Of a stretch of DNA of 64,000 bases, positions 9,652 to 17,091 are shown piece by piece. Location of the stretch: NCBI GenBank assembly GCA_017478725.1, contig JAFVDD010000006.1, forward strand, positions 1,169 through 65,168, in the 5' to 3' direction. A model generated the notes under the pieces. It was not told where the DNA came from. It made no database searches and saw only the letters and a list, made by a program, of their open reading frames with translations. The translations under genes were made by a program, and so were the position numbers. Positions within the stretch are counted from its first letter, which is position 1; each line of letters starts with the position of its first letter. This DNA comes from Paludibacteraceae bacterium (GTDB lineage Bacteria > Bacteroidota > Bacteroidia > Bacteroidales > Paludibacteraceae).

Positions 9652-10119
9652 TTAGAGGCTGATTTCCAGGACCTCGAACTCCATCAGTCCGGCGGGCACT
9701 TGCACTTTTGCAATCTCGCCCACTTTCTTGCCCAGCAGGCCTTTAGCGATAGGTGTAGTGACGGCTATCTTGCCTTCGGCGGAGTTTGCCTCGCCTTCTG
9801 TCACGATCTGGTAGGTTTTCTCGGCTCCGGTTTTCACCATACGGATGCGTACTTTGGTCAATATTTGCACCTCATTGGTGTTGATGTCGGCAGTATCTAA
9901 AACGCGTGCTTCCATGAGTTTGGCTTTGATATGCGCAATTTTGCTTTCCAGAATGCCTTGTTCCTCTTTCGCGGCGTCATACTCCGCGTTCTCGCTCAAA
10001 TCGCCTTTGTCCCGTGCCTCCGCAATAGCGGCAATGACACGCGGGCGCTCTACTGTCTCCAGATGACGGAGCTCCTCTTTCAGTTTTTGCAGACCTTCTT
10101 CGGTCATGTAGGTTGCCAT
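9652..10119 (-). CDS. greA: transcription elongation factor GreA
   Basis: 155 aa. The N-terminal coiled coil has the DLSENAEYDAAKEEQ motif, followed by a C-terminal FKBP-like domain. Confidence 0.93.
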   Translation of the reverse strand: MATYMTEEGLQKLKEELRHLETVERPRVIAAIAEARDKGDLSENAEYDAAKEEQGILESKIAHIKAKLMEARVLDTADINTNEVQILTKVRIRMVKTGAEKTYQIVTEGEANSAEGKIAVTTPIAKGLLGKKVGEIAKVQVPAGLMEFEVLEISL

Positions 10120-10304
10120 TAGCTTTATAATAGTTTAAGTGTTAATATTTGCGTGTTAAAATCTCGTTCGCAATAATCGCTTTGCGAACCTCCTCCATCT
10201 CCGTCAAATCGGGAACAGGAGCAGCGTTGTTTTTTGTCTCTTCCATTTTTTATTAAAAAAAGCACCCCAAACGGGGATTAACCGGGTTATTCTTGTTTTT
10301 TTGT

Positions 10305-10339
10305 AAAAAGTAATAGGAAACTTCACAGCCTCCTATTAC
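10305..10339 (-). terminator. rho-independent terminator downstream of miaB
   Basis: On the minus strand, gtaatagga-ggctgtgaagtt-tcctattac forms a perfect 9-bp stem followed by TTTTT. Confidence 0.65.
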
Positions 10340-10453
10340 CGTTAAACCTAAACCTTAACTATGAAAATTTATTTGTTTTCAATGCAAAAGTACTGCTTTT
10401 ATTTGAAATAGCCAAATTTTTCTGCAACTTTTTGCATTTTTTGTCATTTTTTC

Positions 10454-11803
10454 TTAAAATTCGGCTATTTTCCCCCTTAAAGTAGCCGCAGAAGCGTCCG
10501 TAACCGTGACATAAACCATATCACCGATTTTCTGGTCAGTACGCGGGAAGACGACCGTTTTGTACTGTTCGGTTCGTCCGTACATGTCGTCATGGCTGCG
10601 TTTGGAGAAACCCTCCACGAGCACCTCCACCGTTTTTCCTATTTCGCGTTGGTTGGAGGCGAGTGACAGTTGGTTTTGCAGGGCGATGATTTCGTTCAGT
10701 CGGCGCACTTTCTCTTCTTCCGGCACATTATCCGGCAGGTGTTTGTGGGCGTATGTGCCCGGACGCTCCGAGTATTTGAACATGAAAGCAGTGTCGAATC
10801 CCACTTCGCGCATGAGGCTGAGCGTTAGGGCATGATCCTCCAGTGTCTCGTCGTGGAAGCCGCAGAAGATATCCGTACCGATAGCCGCCTCGGGCAATAT
10901 ACGCCGGATAGCAGCAATGCGGTCGAGGTACCACTCGCGCGTGTATTTGCGGTTCATCAGTTTGAGGATGTGGTTGGAGCCTGACTGTACCGCAAGGTGG
11001 ATGAATTTGCACAGGTTCTTGTGACGGCTGATAGCTTCCAGGGTTTTGTCGGACATGTCTTTTGGGTGTGAGGTAGTGAACCGGATGCGCATTTGCGGTA
11101 CGGCCTCCGCTACCAACTCCAGCAGATCGGCAAAATCGATGACGGCGCCGTCCTCACGCCGGAAACAGTAGGAATTGACATTTTGCCCGAGCAGCGTGAC
11201 CTCTTTGTATCCGCGCGAGTACAGATCGCGCACCTCATTCAGAATGGATTCCACATCGCGGCTTCGTTCGCGTCCGCGTGTATAGGGCACTACGCAGTAG
11301 GAGCAGAAATTGTTGCACCCGCGCATGATACTCACAAACCCGCTGATAGACCTGCCTATACGCGCCGGAATAATCTGACGGTAGGTCTCCGTGGTGCTAA
11401 GCTCTACATTCATCGCTTTGTGGCCTTTTTCGCACTGCGCCAGCAGGTTAGGGATATCCAGATAGGCGTCCGGTCCGGCCACGAAATCCACGCCGTACTC
11501 ATCAATCAGTTCTTTGCCCATGCGCTCCGCCATACAACCGATGACACCGATGATTTTGCGGTCATTGCCGTACGCTTTCCGCCATTCGCTTTTCGCCATC
11601 AGTCCTTTCAGTTCGCGCAACCGGGCTCCTACTTTTTGCTCGGCGTTGTCGCGGATGGAGCATGTGTTCAGCAAAACGATATCTGAATCTTCCCATCGGT
11701 CGGTCATAGCGGCGTCAGTAGTTTGCATGATAGCCGCTACCACTTCGCTGTCCGCCACGTTCATTTGGCATCCGTAGGTCTCAATATAGAATTTTTTTTG
11801 CAT
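10454..11803 (-). CDS. miaB: tRNA-2-methylthio-N6-dimethylallyladenosine synthase (radical SAM MTTase)
   Basis: The track ORF was trimmed to the ATG at 11801-11803. The product starts MQKKFYIETYGCQMN and contains the radical-SAM CNNFCSYCVVP motif and a C-terminal TRAM domain. The upstream 96 codons of the track ORF run through the tRNA-Pro gene. Confidence 0.9.
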   Translation of the reverse strand: MQKKFYIETYGCQMNVADSEVVAAIMQTTDAAMTDRWEDSDIVLLNTCSIRDNAEQKVGARLRELKGLMAKSEWRKAYGNDRKIIGVIGCMAERMGKELIDEYGVDFVAGPDAYLDIPNLLAQCEKGHKAMNVELSTTETYRQIIPARIGRSISGFVSIMRGCNNFCSYCVVPYTRGRERSRDVESILNEVRDLYSRGYKEVTLLGQNVNSYCFRREDGAVIDFADLLELVAEAVPQMRIRFTTSHPKDMSDKTLEAISRHKNLCKFIHLAVQSGSNHILKLMNRKYTREWYLDRIAAIRRILPEAAIGTDIFCGFHDETLEDHALTLSLMREVGFDTAFMFKYSERPGTYAHKHLPDNVPEEEKVRRLNEIIALQNQLSLASNQREIGKTVEVLVEGFSKRSHDDMYGRTEQYKTVVFPRTDQKIGDMVYVTVTDASAATLRGKIAEF

Positions 11804-11842
11804 AAAAATCGCATTAAATTTGCATATATCAAAAAAAAGCAG

Positions 11843-11850
11843 TAATTTTG
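11843..11850 (+). promoter_or_regulatory. -7 box TAATTTTG for tRNA-Pro
   Basis: TAnnTTTG match 28 nt upstream of the tRNA 5' end, preceded by an A-run. Confidence 0.55.
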
Positions 11851-11877
11851 CACCCGCTTTCGTGAAAACGGATGCGG

Positions 11878-11951
11878 CGGGGAGTGGCGCAGCCCGGTAG
11901 CGCAACGGTCTGGGGGACCGGAGGTCGCGTGTTCGAATCACGTCTCCCCGA
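11878..11951 (+). tRNA. tRNA-Pro (GGG)
   Basis: The manual cloverleaf is: acceptor CGGGGAG/CTCCCCG, D arm GCGC-AGCCCGGTA-GCGC, anticodon loop CTGGGGG (anticodon GGG, G37), T arm GCGTG-TTCGAAT-CACGT. Total 74 nt. Confidence 0.9.
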
Positions 11952-11953
11952 CA

Positions 11954-11986
11954 AAACGGAATCCTTTGTGGTTCCGTTTTTGTTTT
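11954..11986. terminator. bidirectional hairpin terminator between tRNA-Pro and the convergent TPR gene
   Basis: The stem aaacggaa ... ttccgttt is followed by TTGTTTT and preceded by an A-run on the other side. Confidence 0.6.
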
Positions 11987-11988
11987 AT

Positions 11989-14664
11989 TTATTTCACCAG
12001 TGGCAGGTTCACCTCTGCCACGGCTTGCACCTCTACGCCGATGAGTGCTTTTTGCATCCCGGTATCTTTGCGTACCAGTCCGATCCACCACTCGGCTTCA
12101 TCCATCTCTCCAAAACCGCTTACGCGCAGCGCGCAGCCTTCGCCCAGTACGGGCATTTTCTGCAAATCGAAGTCCCGAATAAGGAACTGCGAGAAATTGA
12201 ACAACGCCACTTGGTAGAGCAGTTCGTTGAGCGCGTTGTCGTCCATCTTGGGCAGCCTCAGCAGAACAACGGAAGGCTGTTTGCGGTCGTCGCTCCATTG
12301 TTGTGCGGCAACCGTGTCGGCCGCAGGAGCGGAGAGTTCGCCGCGTTTGTCAGCCAGGCTGCCGGTAGAGCCGCCTTGCTTGCTCTCCATTCCTTGTCCA
12401 AGCATAGCCAGCATATCTTTGGCCATAGCTCCCAGTTCACTCTCCGGATAACGGGCTACCAGATCCTGCAGTTCGCCGGTAAACGCCTGTTGCCCCTCCG
12501 TACGCGCTACCGCCACAGCGTTCAGGAACAAGAACCGGGGCATCAGAGGGCTGAGCGGGAACTCTGTTTCTGCGTACTTTTTGTCGGCTTTCACCTGTTG
12601 GTACCGGCCTTTGGTGTAGGCGGTATAGGTCTGTGCGTATAGTGAATCCTGCTCCTGCGCCATTCGTTGCAGACGGGCAAAATAGCCGGGCTGGCTGACT
12701 ATCCTGGCCTGGGTGGATTGCGGATAATGCTGTATGATTTTGTTGCGCCAGACGGCAGCCTCGTCGGTGTCGTTGGTGCGGAGTGCTTCCAGATAATAGG
12801 AATAGTAAATATCCAGTAGTGAGGGGTGACCTTCCGCACGTTCTTCCAATTGGCGCAGTGTCTCTGCGGCCTGCGTCAGGTCGTGCAGGTCGTCGCGGTA
12901 GATATAAACCATCTCCACCATCGCTTCGCGCCACAGGCTGTCGCTGGCGGCCAGATCCTGTTCGGAATGAGGTATCTGCTGCAGGTAATACTCGGGTTTG
13001 TGGTTGTCTGTCTCGCGTGCTACGGGAGCCGGTGCCGCAGAGTCAGAGGCCATGGTGAGGGAATCATTCAGTTCGACCAATAGTTCGTCTTCTTCGGGCA
13101 TCGAGGCTGTCACTTGTTTGTTCATACGCCTCCAGTTGTCCTCCAGCGTACGGTTGCCCCATCGCCGACGCCATTCCTGTGCGCCCTGACGCAACAGTTG
13201 CGGATTGTAGAAATACCACTCGCCTTTCTGGGCTCCTCCCCCCAGCATATTAGCGGTGTTCACACTTCGCGGCAGGTTATCGCCTCTGGCTGCATCACGG
13301 GCGTTTTGTGCCAGTTGTGCCGAGTCGGCTTTCTCCCGGGCTATCAGGCCGGCGATAATCTTGTCCACTACCGCGCGCTGCTCGGTTTCGCTCAGTAGGC
13401 TCAGGTTTTGCAGCGAGTCCTGCAATTGTGCTTGGTTGTAATACACAATCAGTTGGTCCAGCACCTCCGAGCGTTGGCGGATACGCTCATAGCGTTCGTC
13501 GCCGGCCGTCAGGATAGTAGCCGCCTCGCGGTAGCAAGGCTGCGCATCCACATAATCATGACGGTCGTAATAGATGTCACCTGCGCGCACCAGTATATCC
13601 GCTTTGGCGCTACCGGCTTGCGTAGCCTCGGTGATGGCTTTGGCGTACATCTCCAATGCCTTGGCGGTGTCGCCCTGAAGGAGATAGATATTACCCATGG
13701 AGCCGTAGATGCGGTCCAGACGGTCTTTGTTTTTGGATTGCTTGCTCATGGTGCGTAACCGGCGCAGTGAGTTTTTGCCGCCCAGCTCAGCGATACGGAT
13801 ACGGGCATTGAAATCCATCTCATTGCTTGGAGCCATCCGGATAACGGATTTATAGGCATGGATGGCGTCGTCCTTGTCGCCCTCCATTTCGTATAACTGC
13901 CCCATCACATACGCAAACCGCGGGCGGTAGATCTTGCGTTTCTCATAGGGAGTGGCTATTTTGACGAATGGCAACGCGGCGTGGTATTGACCGCTATGCA
14001 GCAATATATCCGCTTTGACCGCCGAATAGAAACGCGCATCCTTGCGGCTCAAGGCATCCACCTGAACGCGGTTGAGTATATCTTCCGCCTCGTATTGCCA
14101 GCCCATCTCGGAATACGCCCGCGCAATCCACAACTGGCATTGCGCTACTATATTCGGATCGTTGGCATAATGGCGGGCTACATAATTGAATGTACTGACC
14201 GCCCCGAGGAAATCGCCTTTGTGAAACTCCGCCTCGCCCAGTCGCAGCCAGGCGCGGTACATCTCTGCGTTAAACTCTTCCGACTCCAGCCATAGTTTGT
14301 ATTTGGGGTCTTTGGCACGCTTGGGATCACGTTTGGGTTTGGATTTGATAGAATGAAGTTTGATGCACTTGCGGCATTTCTCAATGGTTTTGTCCATTTG
14401 TGAGGCTGAGGCCTCGGCGGCTTTGTGATTGCTCACAGGATACAGATTGAGCACACGGCTGTAGTCATCCTCGTTGGCGTCACGGATGGCTTTCAAGCCT
14501 TCCTCGTAGGCAATGTTGCCGTTGTAAAGAATGTTATATTTGACTTTGGTTTGGTGGAACGAACGGGTAGCCCACGTATTTTTCTGCGTAGAGCACGACA
14601 TCATTGCCAGACTCATTAAGCCTGTTATGATTCCAATCCCTATAATCCTGCAATCTTTCATCAT
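11989..14664 (-). CDS. porW: TPR lipoprotein, SprE/PorW-like (type IX secretion component)
   Basis: 891 aa with lipobox AMMSC, followed by STQKNTWATRSFHQTKVKYNILYNGN, which matches my memory of SprE/PorW N-termini. Multiple TPR units follow. The family assignment is from memory only. Confidence 0.55.
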   Translation of the reverse strand: MMKDCRIIGIGIITGLMSLAMMSCSTQKNTWATRSFHQTKVKYNILYNGNIAYEEGLKAIRDANEDDYSRVLNLYPVSNHKAAEASASQMDKTIEKCRKCIKLHSIKSKPKRDPKRAKDPKYKLWLESEEFNAEMYRAWLRLGEAEFHKGDFLGAVSTFNYVARHYANDPNIVAQCQLWIARAYSEMGWQYEAEDILNRVQVDALSRKDARFYSAVKADILLHSGQYHAALPFVKIATPYEKRKIYRPRFAYVMGQLYEMEGDKDDAIHAYKSVIRMAPSNEMDFNARIRIAELGGKNSLRRLRTMSKQSKNKDRLDRIYGSMGNIYLLQGDTAKALEMYAKAITEATQAGSAKADILVRAGDIYYDRHDYVDAQPCYREAATILTAGDERYERIRQRSEVLDQLIVYYNQAQLQDSLQNLSLLSETEQRAVVDKIIAGLIAREKADSAQLAQNARDAARGDNLPRSVNTANMLGGGAQKGEWYFYNPQLLRQGAQEWRRRWGNRTLEDNWRRMNKQVTASMPEEDELLVELNDSLTMASDSAAPAPVARETDNHKPEYYLQQIPHSEQDLAASDSLWREAMVEMVYIYRDDLHDLTQAAETLRQLEERAEGHPSLLDIYYSYYLEALRTNDTDEAAVWRNKIIQHYPQSTQARIVSQPGYFARLQRMAQEQDSLYAQTYTAYTKGRYQQVKADKKYAETEFPLSPLMPRFLFLNAVAVARTEGQQAFTGELQDLVARYPESELGAMAKDMLAMLGQGMESKQGGSTGSLADKRGELSAPAADTVAAQQWSDDRKQPSVVLLRLPKMDDNALNELLYQVALFNFSQFLIRDFDLQKMPVLGEGCALRVSGFGEMDEAEWWIGLVRKDTGMQKALIGVEVQAVAEVNLPLVK

Positions 14665-15389
14665 TACAGCAATCCCTTCACATGGCTTTGTGCTGCGACA
14701 AACTCTTTCAGATAGAACGGCTCGTAATAGGCTATCTTATCCATCGGCAGAGCTTCGCCTTGCTTGAGCCTTTGTTCCGCCAAAATGCCCATGTATTGCG
14801 CTTCCGGCACTATTTCCGGAATAAAACGGTAATTCGGGGAATCCAATATCGTTTGGCATTTGGCTGCTCCGTCGCCGAAATAACACACCTCCTCCTTATC
14901 GCTTAATTGTTCTTTTGCGTTCTCGTCCATGATCGCTGCCCGAACGTCGGTCTTTGGCACCAAATTCGTATCGTACACCGCTGTATAAACCTCCATCCGG
15001 CGTGCATCAATCATCGGCAGCAGCAGAGTCCGCCCATTGATATCAGGGTTTTGCGCCTTGGCAGCACTGCAGAGTATTTCCAAGGTGGGAATAGCAATCA
15101 GCGGTACATTCATTCCATAGCAAAGCCCTTTGGCAGTACTGGTACCGATGCGCAATCCCGTGTAACTGCCCGGCCCTTCGCTTATTGCTAAGGCATCGAT
15201 GGTTTCTCGGGGTTTTATCGGGGTTTTATCGGGGTTTTCCCGATGCATTAACAATTGTTCGATATATCGGGGTAGCAGTTTGGCGTGGTTGCCGCCTTCG
15301 CGACTGATCAGTTGTTCCACCACCGCACCGTCTTTCCAGAGGGCTGCCGAACAAACAGAAGTACTCGTTTCTATACAAAGGATGGTCAT
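14664..15389 (-). CDS. tsaB: tRNA threonylcarbamoyladenosine biosynthesis protein TsaB
   Basis: 241 aa with MTILCIETSTSVCSAAL and GPGSYTGLRIG motifs. Confidence 0.9.
   Translation of the reverse strand: MTILCIETSTSVCSAALWKDGAVVEQLISREGGNHAKLLPRYIEQLLMHRENPDKTPIKPRETIDALAISEGPGSYTGLRIGTSTAKGLCYGMNVPLIAIPTLEILCSAAKAQNPDINGRTLLLPMIDARRMEVYTAVYDTNLVPKTDVRAAIMDENAKEQLSDKEEVCYFGDGAAKCQTILDSPNYRFIPEIVPEAQYMGILAEQRLKQGEALPMDKIAYYEPFYLKEFVAAQSHVKGLL
15207..15239. repeat. 3 x 11-nt tandem repeat inside tsaB (in frame)
   Basis: The units read tcggggtttta tcggggtttta tcggggttttc. On the coding strand they encode ENPDKTPIKPR. Confidence 0.95.
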
Positions 15390-15417
15390 CTCTTACTTTT
15401 TAAGCCAAAAATCGGTG

Positions 15418-15425
15418 CAAAGGTA
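15418..15425 (-). promoter_or_regulatory. -7 box TACCTTTG for tsaB
   Basis: The plus strand reads CAAAGGTA, 29 nt upstream of the ATG at 15389. Confidence 0.55.
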
Positions 15426-15433
15426 CAAAAAAT

Positions 15434-15465
15434 AATTGATAATTGAAAATTGATAATTGAAAATT
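15434..15465. repeat. period-7 degenerate array (AATTGAT/AATTGAA x4.5) between divergent promoters
   Basis: The units read aattgat aattgaa aattgat aattgaa aatt. Confidence 0.9.
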
Positions 15466-15488
15466 TTGCATATTCGGTATTTTTTTGT

Positions 15489-15496
15489 ATCTTTGC
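15489..15496 (+). promoter_or_regulatory. -7 box TATCTTTG for cobB
   Basis: TAnnTTTG match 35 nt upstream of the ATG at 15531, with a T-run upstream. Confidence 0.6.
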
Positions 15497-15530
15497 ACCA
15501 TCAAAACCAACTCCAAATCTCTAATCACCA

Positions 15531-16223
15531 ATGAAAATCGTTGTTTTTACAGGAGCCGGCGTCAGTGCCGAGAGCGGTTTGGGTACTTTCCGTGACAGCG
15601 ACGGGCTATGGGAGCATTACCGCGTAGAGGATGTATGCACGCATGACGCCTGGCTGACCAATCCGCAGTTGTGTGTCAAGTTCTATAACGACCGTCGCCG
15701 CGACACGCTGGCAGCGAAACCCAATGCCGCACATTTTGCCATCACGCGTTTGCAACAGTTTTTCCCGGAAACACAGATTATTACGCAGAATATAGATGAT
15801 CTGCATGAGCGTGCCGGTGCCAGGAATGTAGTGCATCTGCACGGTGAAATCACCAAACTGCGTTCTTCCCTTAATGAGACGGCCACGGTGCCGTTGGAGG
15901 GCTGGGAGCAGCACTACGGAGACAGGCATCCGGACGGGTCGCTGCTGAGGCCGTATATTGTTTTCTTTGGCGAAGGAGTGCCGTATTTCGATGAGGCCTG
16001 CCGTATTGTGGCTACAGCAGATATCATGCTGGTGGTAGGTACCAGCCTGAATGTCTATCCGGCGGCTTCGCTTCTCCATTATACCCGCCCGGGAATACCT
16101 ATCTATTTCGTGGATCCCGGTATGCCGGAGTTCGGTGTTTGGGCGGACCATATCACCCATATTCGCAAACCTGCCACCCAGGGAGTGCCGGAGGTGGTGG
16201 AAAAACTGATTGCCAATGGATAA
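15531..16223 (+). CDS. cobB: NAD-dependent protein deacylase (Sir2 family)
   Basis: 230 aa with GAGVSAESGLGTFRD, QNIDDLHERAG and HLHGE motifs. Confidence 0.9.
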   Translation: MKIVVFTGAGVSAESGLGTFRDSDGLWEHYRVEDVCTHDAWLTNPQLCVKFYNDRRRDTLAAKPNAAHFAITRLQQFFPETQIITQNIDDLHERAGARNVVHLHGEITKLRSSLNETATVPLEGWEQHYGDRHPDGSLLRPYIVFFGEGVPYFDEACRIVATADIMLVVGTSLNVYPAASLLHYTRPGIPIYFVDPGMPEFGVWADHITHIRKPATQGVPEVVEKLIANG

Positions 16224-17091
16224 GCCGCTTGTTCGTTTGCTGGTATGGTTGGCGTTGATGGCAGTATGTACATTGACGGCAATGGGCATCTGGCTCCTTG
16301 TTTTTGATGGCAGTCAGACTACCGAAGGGCTCAAATGGCTGCAATTCCTGCAAACTATCGGTACTTTTCTTTTGCCTGCCATTTTAGGCGCATGGCTATG
16401 GTCGCGTGAGCACAAGCCTTTTGCATGGCTGCGGCTTGATTGTGGTTTTTCCTGGCAGGTAGGGCTTTTGGCGGTGGCAGCAATGATTTGCGCAGTGCCC
16501 GGAATCAACCTGCTGGCGGATCTGAACAGCCGTGTTGATCTGCCGGAAAACCTCGATTTCATCGAACAAATCTTGCGTCAACAGGAAGATGCTGCTTCCG
16601 CACTTACCGAGCGTTTCTTGCACGCCGATAATGCAGGAGTGCTATTGGTCAATGTCGGATTGCTTGCCCTGCTTCCGGCGTTGGCAGAGGAAATCTCTTT
16701 CCGCGGTACGCTCCAGCAGATTATCTCCAACAGCGATGCCTCCATAGCCAGGCGCCGAAGGCTTACCGCGGCAGCTATCTGGCTCACGGCATTCATTTTC
16801 TCCGCCATTCATATGCAGTTCTACGGTTTTATACCGCGTATGCTCATGGGAGCCATGTTCGGGTATGTTTTCGTGTGGACAGGCAGCCTTTGGGTGCCGG
16901 TTCTCATGCATGCAACCAACAACGGTCTGGCAGTCATTGCTTACTACCTGTTGGGAGGCGAGGCGGATGACAAAACATGGGCGGACACCATCGGTACAGG
17001 TGCGATGTGGTGGCTGGGCATAATCAGTATTATTGTTACTGTTCTTTTGTTATATACTCTTTATCAACACACTCAAAAACAACAATCATGA
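16216..17091 (+). CDS. CPBP family intramembrane glutamic endopeptidase (CAAX protease-like)
   Basis: The track ORF begins at a TTG at 16210. The first ATG is at 16216 and overlaps the cobB stop. The product is polytopic with the EEISFRG and FSAIH ... HATNN motifs. Confidence 0.8.
   Translation: MDKPLVRLLVWLALMAVCTLTAMGIWLLVFDGSQTTEGLKWLQFLQTIGTFLLPAILGAWLWSREHKPFAWLRLDCGFSWQVGLLAVAAMICAVPGINLLADLNSRVDLPENLDFIEQILRQQEDAASALTERFLHADNAGVLLVNVGLLALLPALAEEISFRGTLQQIISNSDASIARRRRLTAAAIWLTAFIFSAIHMQFYGFIPRMLMGAMFGYVFVWTGSLWVPVLMHATNNGLAVIAYYLLGGEADDKTWADTIGTGAMWWLGIISIIVTVLLLYTLYQHTQKQQS

Noticed and set aside
9082-9900. 272-aa plus-strand ORF.
   Set aside because: It starts inside the tRNA-Met gene and runs antisense to the HIT and greA genes, and I recognise no motifs in it.
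9038-11951. tRNA-linked genomic island or integrated mobile element near tRNA-Met and tRNA-Pro.
   Set aside because: I found no integrase, transposase or direct repeat of a tRNA 3' end. The flanking genes (HIT, greA, miaB) are core housekeeping genes.
10454-12091. The full 545-aa track ORF for miaB, extending upstream through 11804-12091.
   Set aside because: The extension runs through the tRNA-Pro gene and its terminator on the opposite strand. The conserved MiaB N-terminus (MQKKFYIETYGCQMN) begins at the ATG at 11801-11803.
16977-17087. Upstream extension of the esterase ORF (track start 16977).
   Set aside because: The extension overlaps the last TM segments of the CPBP protease gene in another frame. 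A proper signal peptide begins at the ATG at 17088, which forms an ATGA overlap with the upstream stop.
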